Below the pieces are notes generated by a model. That model was not told where the DNA came from. It made no database searches and worked only from the letters and a program-made list of their open reading frames with translations. Below, in pieces: positions 27,505-38,700 of a stretch of DNA of 64,000 nucleotides. Numbering within the stretch: the first letter of the stretch is position 1; each line of letters starts with the position of its first letter. A program made the translations under genes and the position numbers. The stretch comes from Trichoplax adhaerens (Eukaryota; Animalia; Placozoa), in NCBI RefSeq assembly GCF_000150275.1, contig NW_002060947.1:4082335-4146334 (forward strand). The letters run 5' to 3'.

Positions 27505-29168
27505 TGAATCTGTTACGAAATGATTGATTTTAAAATTAATCTTTTAAGACGGTCTCAATTGTACCATACTCTTGCGCGGATTTCCATTAGACTTTCTCCT
27601 GGTGGTCATGACGTTAATAAATAAGTCTATTTGGATCTGCCTCTGGTGATTGTAGTTAATATTATTCATTTATTATAATAATTAAAATTACAAAAAAACC
27701 TCTAATTATCCGGCTAAAATATAGTATAACAGACTAGTAATTAGTTAGAGTATATGTTAAATACTGTTGCATAGTTAAAGTATACAGTATGTTGGATACT
27801 GTTAGATAGTGCATCTTGTACATCGAGTACGGTACTGGGTACTAATAATAAATAATAAATAATATAATATGGCTATATATTAGAATTAATTTTCCATATT
27901 TTTATGGATTTACTATGTATTACTCGAGAATCCATTTGTATCCAGTTTAAGAGGTAATATTATTATTTACTTATTATTCAGTCATTTTCAAATACTTTTA
28001 ATCAAACATTTTTAATATACCGTATCTAACTAAAATATGACATAGAAGACTAGCTATCAAGACAAGTATATTTAATTAACACTAGGATAAATTCTATTCT
28101 ACTATATATTTACGTTACTAGACAGTCCATTGGTATGCGGACTCGGCAACTACACGTATTTTATTATCAGGGCAGCTAAAAGAGAGATACAGCTCTCTCT
28201 CACTTTTAATAGTCTCCGCTGCTACTATATTATTACTAGTTAAATAAACAGCCTGCCCGTGATACTTCGTTTATTTGTTTATTAATAAGTAGAATTTCAG
28301 TATAGGATGTACATCTGTTACGCATTACATATTATAGTACATTATATCGTCATTTTTAATTAAAAACAGTCTCTAGACTACCGTATCCAGCTAACTTAAC
28401 AGACGAGCTAGCTATCAAGTCTATTCGACACTAAATTAATTCATGAAAATTAGCTTCTTTCGCATGTTAAACCTCTGGTATCCTCCTTCCCCCTCCTGGA
28501 TTCGCCGTCCACACACACTTCATTTAGCAATGGACCACTAGATGTACCCACTCTACGTAATAATCCACCATCATCTACTATAGTAACGCTATATCTAATC
28601 AATGCTGGAGCCGGTTACCCTATACATCGTATATTAACACCACTTTATCCAGGCGGGAATTTTTAAATCATTTTTTATTGTCTATAATATAGCATCATCA
28701 AATTAAATAAGCAAATTATTGAAATCATCGTGAGATCAAATCACAAAAAAATGAAATGATACTATGCATCATACCTGAAATTATAGGAAAACAAATGTTA
28801 ACACCTTGATCACCTGCACTACTGTAATTAGGGTACTAACGGGCTAAAATGAATTAGAATTTATAAATATTATCTAGAGATGGATATATCTGTTTCTTCT
28901 CTCCGTTAGAAAAAATCTACCTTCATTAAAACTTTCAAATCATATTCGCCTTCGCAACCAATATAAATTAGATGAGAAGATATATAATGTAGTATAGATA
29001 ATATATACAGTCATCTATGCCCTTTCTTGATTAAAGTTAATACAATATAAATTGCTGTAGTTATTAGTAAAATATCCGGACAGACTACACATGATAATAC
29101 AGCTATACACTTTCTAAATCTGAAATTATTGCAGTACGTATTTTCTTTACGAATTAGTTTATATGTAG

Positions 29169-32100
29169 TTATGAATTATGCAAAGCTGATCTCGTTTTAC
29201 TTTTACAACTATTTATTCGATTTATCGGTAGTGGTGGAGGTGGTTTTGTTGGCGGTGGTCGTCTACCTACCGCTAAATTAATGCAGGACGCTTGCATGAT
29301 TGAACTTTTCGGTCTCTCTGGTATAGCGGGTGGACTACTATATAATGACCGCGATCTTGATAAATTTGTTGATCCAATTAAATTTTTTTGTCGACTCTGA
29401 AGAGGCGGCGATGATGGCATAGCACGTAATGATTGCGGCCTAGGCAAATCCCTTGATTTCAGTCCATCACTCAATGATAGTGGTCTTTGCAAATTCGTAT
29501 GTCGCACCATACCTTTATTATTCTTGGATACCTGTAGATTAGTCTGTCGGTTCGGTATAGCTGGCGGCAATTTACCGCACAATGATCGAGACCTTGACAA
29601 ATTCGTTAAATTCTTTGATTTCAGTCCATCACCCAACGATAGTGATTTTTGCAAATTCGTACGTTGCACTATACCTTTATTATTCTTGGATACCTGTAGA
29701 TTAGTCTGTCGGTTCGGTATAGGTGGCGGCAATTTACTGCACAATGATCGCGACCTTGACAAATTCGTTAAATTCCTTGATTTCAGTCCATCACCCAACG
29801 ATAGTGATTTTTGCAAATTCGTACGTTGCACTATACCTTTATTATTCTTAGACACCTGTAGATTAGTCTGTCGGTTCGGTATAGACGGCGGCAATTTACT
29901 GCACAATGATCGAGACCTTGACAAATTCGTTAATCCCGCTGTGTCCGTATTGATTGATCGTGAAGTAGTGGTTACCGGCGAATTTATATATCTATCTGGC
30001 TTACGATCTAGTAATTAATAAAATAGGTTAAACTTGCAATACGCAATGAGAGCTGTAAATATATTTAATCTTTCTACTGCTCTGAGCCCTCACTGAAATG
30101 TTGAAAATTTATGGTATTTTCATCACTATTGCAGTAATAAATTTTACGAAAATTATGATATGTACAGTATAGTACCGCATTTTATCTTTTCCTCATTCTA
30201 ATAGTCGGAACTTACTAGTTACAGATCCCTTTCGATACTCCGGAATAAATGTAGCATCTACGTTTTTACTTGCTTCATTAAATACTACCGGATCAACAAT
30301 TCGTACATTAGCTCAAATACTGTATATTAAAAATTTTCTGCAAGTCAAGATGGCATTAATAATCTGTTTTTTCTATTATAATAATTTTTAAAAGTATAGC
30401 ACTTGGCGTCATCTTACCAAAAGATCTATCTCTAGCTATTGGTGAAGTTATTTTCGAATTTTCACATTCAGGAAAGATCTTTCCACAAATGGAACCTTGA
30501 CGTTTAGTACTGCTAATTGATGAAGCTCTTGAAGAACGACGTTGACCTCTCTGACTCAAAATGTAAGAGTCGATGGAATCTGTACACCGAGAAACTTTCT
30601 TGCCGTAGAAACTTTCTTGCATTCGTCGTTGCTGATTGGAGCAACAACAGAATGCTATTTTGGTATAGCACTCAATCATGGCATTAATGACAAAAAGAAA
30701 GAACCTTAAGATAAGCCGGAATAAACCACAATATCTGTGTGATAAAGCGCGATTTCCTTCCCATGTAATTGAACTACATGGAAACCATAATCGATACCTC
30801 TGTATGTACAATGTAACAAGAATAACCGGAGTTATGATAAAACCAATCAGAGATGATCGGATTGCTATGGATGAAAGTAATATTAACCCAAGTGTCTGAA
30901 TTATACCTTAAATTAGAAATAATAATAACAATTTTCTTAATAAATCAGTTTAAGAAGGTTAGAAGTTACAGTGATAATAAAAGTAACAATGATTTGACTG
31001 CTATAGAAGCCACTTACCTAAATTAGAAATAATAAAGCCAAGTAAACTAGCACCCAAGATTGCTAGTAAACTATTCATGATACTTTTTAAAATATCTTCC
31101 TCTTTCCTTTCTAGCTCTCCTACATATTGTATAGCCTTTATCCTGCAGATATTATTTACCAAACTAGCTTCTCCTTTAACTAATTCATCCAACGGAGCAC
31201 AATGCTTATCATTAACTGATTGACAGCAGATCAAGCAGGAAGATGATGAGCTACTATCCTTAGCATCTTTGCTATTATTTCTTGCATAATTATTATTGGG
31301 GCAAGAACATGCACTTAATCCAGATATTGAACAAATAGATCGTTGACATGTACCTGCAATGCATGATTTATGATCATCACAAACTGTATAATCATCTTTA
31401 AGTTTGGCTTTGGGGCAAGCTGATCCAACAAGGTGGCCATCGCAGTAAGATTTTACAGCACATTGTGTTTCGTTTTGACAAAGGTGATGTTCACGAATGG
31501 TAAAATAGTGACAGGTTGCATCATTGCAGCAAGGCCCTTGAGATGGACTACAAACAGCATGCTGAGCTAATTGACATGTCGATGGGTTACAGCAATAATC
31601 CTGACATTCTCCAATTGTTCCACAATCACATTGTTCGTATGGTTCAACAATTTTATTACCACAAGTTGACTTTGAGGTAGTGGTTTGCGCATTTACTTTA
31701 AAACATTCCATTGAACGCGAACGGATCACTTTAGCCATGGCTTGTACGCTGCAGATAGAAAATTGCATTTGATCTAATTCTGTCGCATTGATAACAATTC
31801 CAGACATAAAAAAGGGTATATTGGTAGCATATCGTTTACAACGAGTTTCTGAATCGTGTACAGCGCCAAGGCTATGAGCTAATTCATGTATCATAACATA
31901 CGGAAATAATTTATGGTCATGGATATTGAAGTTAATGAGAGCTGTATTCATCGATTTTCGATGATCATAGCTATGATGATGATAATCAAAAGTAGAGCAT
32001 AAACCTGTATTTTTGTTTGTTGTACCAATCCAAGACAATCCGTTTACACTATAGCGATCATTATTAGTTAAATAATATGCTAAGCAATATTCACTGTGAT

Positions 32101-32683
32101 TATGCAATGAAATTCTTTCTAAATGATGGTAAGCGTTATCAAATGACGGACTTTCTTGTTGAAATTCGCCAATAGTTAATCGATCAATATAAAATGTAAA
32201 ATTATCACTTTTTTGATCTTGATTAAAATCTATTACAGAAAATACACGATTGACCATTTTAATGGTATCATAAATGTATTGGCGAACTTTTGTAATGTGG
32301 AATAATTGTAATGCACGGACAAAGGTTTGATCCGCGTGTATAAAAATGCCACATCGTCGACTATTGCGATTATTATCGGGACCATGTCTACTCACAGCTG
32401 ATCTTTTCGATCTTCCTGACTTCATGAAACGTGTTTTCCGATCGTCGGACACCATTTGTACGATATCGCCATCTAATGATTTTTGCAATCTTTCCAAATG
32501 AAAATTGATTTCCATCTTTTTATGATAAATGGTCGAGTGGCAGTGATAAACTTTAACTGTCGAGTTAATATCATCAGTAGAAGCATTGAAACTTTGAAAA
32601 GATTCCCTTTTGTTGATGTGTGCACTATAATATCTTGATTCCAGTAGAAAAAATACCAATAGTATGGATGGTAAGAAATGCAT
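29169..32683 (-). CDS. ADAM10/17-like metalloprotease, ~1029 aa; exons 32683-31018, 30906-30418, 30311-30216, 30007-29169
   Basis: Signal peptide, furin site RSKR, HELAHSLGAVHD zinc motif, Met-turn, disintegrin CGNKIVEPYEQCDCG...CSPSQGPCC, Cys-rich CLICC; three phase-1 introns join the three separate ORFs in frame (3090 nt). Confidence 0.85.
29445..29932 (-). repeat. Coding tandem repeat, 162 bp (54 aa) x3, in the ADAM cytoplasmic tail
   Basis: gaccttgacaaattcgtt at 29590, 29752 and 29914. Confidence 0.95.
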
Positions 32684-33469
32684 TCTTCATAGTTTTTGAT
32701 CGAAAATACTCAAAAAAATAACGAAGATAGATTCGAATGTAGAAGTAAACTATTGCGACAATTAATAAATGAATACTACAGTAATTTTCTACTTATATCT
32801 GTGAGGGCCAGTCTAAACAGACGTAACTAGTCTAGAGCTGATCACGAAACCGTTTGTAACTTCTATATTTGATAATGAGCTCTATCAAATAGAGACTGTA
32901 TGATTGAATCCCGTATTACAAGAACGTCAAAGATTAAAAAATCTACCCTTTCATACAAGAGTTATCATCCAAGTCAATTATAAATTGTAAAAAATTAGTT
33001 CAAACTTATTTTCTTCTTTCTATATAAAAGTATGCTACCAAAATTTGTATGTATTTAGAATGAATAAAAATAATGTTAAATATACTTTGACGGTAGGGTA
33101 ATTTATGGAAAGTCAACATGGACAATTTTTACCTAATTTATCATTCGCTTTGGCTCTATTTTCTATGTTTGTAATTGGAATGCTTCGAAATTGACGTAAA
33201 TATAATCTTAGTCATGTAGATATACCACGGTATAGCTACAATAAGACTGTATTCTTTTTTATGACTTGACTTTATACGTACATGGAGTCTGATCAATAAA
33301 AGACTATGATATTTAAGTAGGAACTATATGCTAACGATTACCCAATCTTAGAATGACTTTCATTATCGCTTATATTAAGAAATGCAATTAATCATTGCAA
33401 GTTTTCTATGAGTTATAGCCGAGAAAATATAAATAAAAAAATTTTATATTTACTTTATAGTCTGCAATA

Positions 33470-34215
33470 TGAACTGGATGATATGCGTATCTTTGCCACT
33501 TTTCCGATGGTCATAATTGTGAAAATATGAATAAAAACTTTGGTGCTACTGTATAGGTATGCAATACTAGAATAAACTGTATGATGCGCGTATCCCTGCA
33601 ACTTTTCCGATAGACATAGTTCTAAAAGTAAGCGTATACGTAAATAAATAAATAAAAATAATCTATTTATATGAATACAGTATATAATGTGCAACATAAA
33701 CTGGACGAAGTGCGTAGCCTTGCAACTTTTCTCACAGCTATAGCTGTGAAAGTAGAACTAAAAATTGATCACTTTTTTATGCTATAAGACCTGAAAGATG
33801 AGCGTATCTCCTCGTTATACATTTTCAGGGTAATCATTTTAATTTTAATAACTGTTTTCTACGAGGAATACGCGTATTGTCATCTATTAGCCATGCGATC
33901 TCTTTACAAACGGATACGCGCATAGTAGTGATAATAATGGTATAATGTTATTAACCGATATAATGGGATTTGAAAGTCAAATTGCTACTTTAGCCCATAC
34001 CATGGACTACTAAATATGCCCGGTCTGGACAGGACAACTACTGTAGTATCGAATAGTCCATGGACTATACCAAGACAAGGCTATTAAAATTATTAAGGAA
34101 AAAGAATCTTGAATCAAATAGCGGATCTCAAAGTAAAATTTCTACTTTAGCCTATACCAAGATAGGGCTATGTGTATGTCGCAAGAAGAGGAGCGTTGAA
34201 TCAGATAGCAAATTT
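33470..34215. repeat. Degenerate tandem repeats (~100-120 bp units at 33477/33582/33703/33797; ~157 bp duplication at 33966/34123)
   Basis: Recurrent gcgtatc...gcaacttttccga...aaagta and aaagtcaaattgctactttagcc.atacca motifs. Confidence 0.6.
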
Positions 34216-34295
34216 TATTTCCATTCAAGTCAGCCACATTAGAGATAGAGTAAAATTCCTAAACTGTTCAATTGACCAATTCAATTTGACCATCG

Positions 34296-34812
34296 GATAC
34301 TATAATTTGTATCTGCTATTTTATCCTCAGTCTTCCACAATTGGATTATAACAATACTGATCAATGAACTATAAATGTGCCTATACTGCCCAAAATGAAT
34401 TATCGACGGATTTGATCATTTCGATAGGGCTAATCCATCTGTAATCACACCTACATTTGGCCGATACTATCGTTTGTACCTGTTATTTTATCCTCAGTCT
34501 TCCACAATTGGATTATAACAATACTGATCAATGAACTATAAATGTGCCTATACTGCCTAAAAATGAATTATCGATGCATTTGATCATTTCGACAGGGCTA
34601 ATCCATCTTACGTAATCACACCTACATTTGGCCGATACTATCATTTGTACCTGCTATTTTATCCCCAGTCTTCCACAATTGGATTATAACAATACTGATC
34701 ATTGAACTATAAATGTGCCTATACTGCCTAAAAATGAATTATCGATGCATTTGATCATTTCGACAGGGCTAATCCATCTGTAATCACATCTACATTTTGG
34801 CCGATACTATAA
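34296..34812. repeat. Tandem repeat, 3 units of 167/171/169 bp, upstream of XPO4
   Basis: gatactat starts at 34296, 34463, 34634 and 34803 with near-identical intervening sequence. Confidence 0.95.
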
Positions 34813-35322
34813 TTTAAGTCAACATGGCCCATGGCCATAACTTAAAGTAGTCGCCTTGCTGCTATAACTGGCTTGTCAATGATTGAACGCCAGGGGATCA
34901 CTGCAGCCTGGACAGTCTCCAGTGTACAGTACGCTGTACTGTACACTGTACAGTACTGTACTGTAGACTGGACCAGGTCATTGGGACGCTCAGTCATACA
35001 GTACTGTAGAAGTTTCCTTACCTTCTATGGTCAGTCGATGCATTTAATCATTTCTACAGGGCTAATCCATCTGTAATCGCATCTACATTTGGCCGATACT
35101 ATAATTTAAGTCAGCATGGCCCATGGCCATAATTTAAAGTAGTCGCCTTGCTGGTATAACTGGCTTGTCAATGATTGAACGCCAGGGGATCACTGCAGCC
35201 TGCACACTCTCCAGTGTACAGTACACTGTACTGTACACTGTAAACTAGACCAGATCATTGGTACGCTCACTCATACTGTACAGTAGAAGTTTCCATACCT
35301 TGTACTGTATGCTCAGTCGATA
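34755..35322. repeat. Tandem duplication, ~293 bp unit x2, containing TACAG clusters
   Basis: tcatttc..cagggctaatccatctgtaatc...gaacgccaggggatcactgcagcctg starts at 34755 and 35048. Confidence 0.9.
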
Positions 35323-35757
35323 CAAGAAGAACGACGCCAAAGCCCGCGAACAGTCACTATCCTTTAAACCGCAGCCAGGATAGCTTGCACTTTTAGCAAT
35401 TTTCATTGGCAGCATTTAGGGAATAGTATCACTTTTACTTTGCTCTTTCTGGCTATTACTTTCAAATTGGATTGGCAACTACAGCAAAGCTTTTATTTGT
35501 AAGAAATACAAGTAGGATACGGCATCAAAATAGAAGAATTTCAAATTAGACAAGGGGAATAAATCAGTGAGCATTGAATTGATTAAGAGGCCTATCCAAG
35601 TACATCGTCCTCGGATGACGGACTCATTGACGGACTGTTGAAAAGGAAAGGCTTGTAGTTTTAATGATTGTTGCTGCAACTTGGAGACCTGCAGTTGGTT
35701 AATTACTACTTCGATTGAGGTGTTCTATCTAATATTTTCAACTCAATCACAAAGGAT

Positions 35758-38700
35758 ATGGCAGACGCTAAAGAGATTTTGGCTAATTTCGAGAAGGCTG
35801 CTATAGTAATGATGGTAAGGTCGAATGTCTAGGATAGGATAGGCTAATGTCGAGATAACACCGAGCGGTGAATCAATTCTTCAACATTGTCTTCTAAAAC
35901 GCCTTAAAATATCCTTTGCTTTTATACACTGTAGAGTCCGCCTAATCAAGTTAGCGGGGAAGACTATCGAACTGCTGAAAAGATTTTCTTATCCTTTCGT
36001 AGAGCCAAACAGCCTTATTCAATCTGTAAATACATGTTAGGTACGAAAAGTATGAATTGAGGTGCCTTGTCTGACTCTTGCTTGTAAATTAATCAATACT
36101 GTATTGATACTATAGCACAGGAATGATGTGTATAATGTACGAATATTAAAGAATCAATAGTATAGAAAAACTGTAGGAAAAAATTACCTACTCATAATGT
36201 AGTGTAGTAATGGCGTGCATAGCATGCGTACATGGAAAAGTTTATAGTTCAGAAAAGCTTTTAGAAATGAAATAACAGGTCTGACTCCCGTCTACTCTAC
36301 TTACAATGATCGCATTAATATTACGTGTACAGTACAACGTACGTACCTACTCGTATATGCAAGAATCGACAGCTTAGAGAAATCGTAGAAAAAGATAGGG
36401 TACTTAGCATGTCAATGACGTCTATGCCATTTCCTTTACTCATAAGTAATAATGATATACATATACTAGTAACATAGCAGTAATGACGTACACAGCATGT
36501 GTACATGGAAGAATTTGCAGTTCAGAAAAACTTCAGAAATGAGTAGCAAGTCTGACTCCTGTGCACCATATAGTACTTTACTCATGGTTAGTGCAATAAC
36601 TGCGTGTACAATATACGTATACTGAAGAATTGAAAGTTCAGAAAAGCCTTAGAACATAGGTAGTAGGCCTGACTGCTAGATACTACTATCCTTTACTCAT
36701 AATAGAGTAGGTTGATTACATGTATAACGTATATTCAAGAATCTACCTGTTACAATTATGATTTATTATTATTAACTTAAATCTATCAAACTTTTATTGG
36801 CTCAATGAATTCCTACGACTCTTAAAATCTAACTTGTTTCTCTCATAGAAAACAGCAGCAATACCTATGTCCATTTTCAAGCTGCTAGTACTATAAAAGA
36901 AGCAATCGTTCGGGAATGGAAATTAATTAATGAGAACGATAAAAATTCACTACGCGAATTCTTACTGAATTACGTTATTGGCCAATCTAGGTGAGAACTA
37001 AACATCTAATTGGACTCTTTATTGACGTCGATACTAGCAATTGCTAGCTACATCATGCATATTCTTGTTATAGCTTCCGTTTATTATACGATATCTCAGT
37101 AGTCATCTTAAAATACTTGCAGCAATAATCTTCTAACTATGTAATATAGTAGTGATGTGTATAAAGTACCTATCTAGGTGTACGGTCTTATCCATGATAA
37201 AACAGCGGCAACATTTACATCCCAACTATAAATAATTTGCAGCAATGTAACTGTATTCTACTACAGCATGTATATATATATATATATATACTGTACGTAT
37301 AATAATTATTTAGTACGTAAACATTTGTTTCAAAATTGAACCATCGTGAACTTGGAACAATTCTATATGACTACTATACACTGCTTTAAATTCATAAAGT
37401 TATAAAGTATGCGATGATACAATACTGTACTATACTTTCTGGATACGAGGTCGAGTTATTTTAAAGTTATTCCTAATTCCAATTAAAATTATTGGAGATT
37501 ATATTCTGATTCTGCAATCTAACTATAGTTACTACTGTACAGTAGACCTACTACTTTATAAAATGTTCTTAAAATACTTAACTGAGGCTATCGTACTGAT
37601 GTAACTGGTACTTAATGCATCAGTACCATAGTTTCAGCTAAGTATTCTAAGAACTTTTTATAAAGTGGTGGGTCTACTATACAATCTGGTTTCTGATTGT
37701 ATGCTATAGTAGTTAAACTGAGACGTTACACATCATACGCTATAAAAGGATATTGCACAGGCCAATAAAATTCTTTAACTTATTTAAAATTTTTACTTTT
37801 TGTAGATGCCAAGATTATGTTCGAGAGCAAATTCTTTCCTGTGTTGCTATTATGTTTAAAAAGTCAGCAGTAACCGAATCTGGTATAAATGATCTTGATA
37901 ACTTATTATCCACTATCTATCAGTTAAAAAACAGCGATTCAAGTAGGGTGGTAAGTGATCAGGACTTACGTGACTGATAACGAAATCTGATGCATAACAT
38001 CGCACTATATTACTCTCAAATAAGCATTTAGATAGCTGTTCCCTTATGGCCTCCATACTTAACGAATTTTGTGTCAATCAAAAATCAAGCAGATTAAGCG
38101 TAAGCTGGGAATTTCACATTAAAGCAAAGAAAAAATTCGAAGTATGCAACTGTTTTGAATTATGATGATATTGTTGTCTACCGTATTACTAAGTAGTTGC
38201 ATTGCTAATTTTTACTTGCAAAATCTTAATCTATAATATTCTCTTTCTAGTCTAGTGTCCTGAAAAAAATATGTATTATAACATTGGAAGGATTACAGTA
38301 CTGCAGTCGCAACTTGAATCATGACACTAAAGTTATTGAAAAGTACTTAGAGTTATCTGAACAAGTTCTGACGTGGAACTTTAGCGACTTAAGCCGTATC
38401 TTTCCTATTTACCTATAGCCGTTTATGAGGATAATGATTTACAGATATTCGAATTTTTCACAATTGGTATTGATATTGGCCTAAAGTTTTAAGTATTTTA
38501 TACTTCGTAAACATAAAAATGTTATAAAACCTTAATTAATTTATGTAGCTAATCGTCCTAAATTTGGCCAAGCGGACAACAATAAATTTGTTACCTTTAG
38601 ACCTAGTCGTGATTGGGATGATATGATTTCGAATCAATCGACCATCAATTTATTTTTAGAGGTGAGATTTTTTCTTACTTTTGTCATTGGATGGTAGAAA

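Noticed and set aside
28460-28670. GC-richer, coding-looking patch between CUL5 and ADAM
   Set aside because: Only short open frames, no recognisable homology or coherent splice path
29524-30018. 164 aa plus-strand repetitive ORF
   Set aside because: Antisense shadow of the ADAM tail repeat exon
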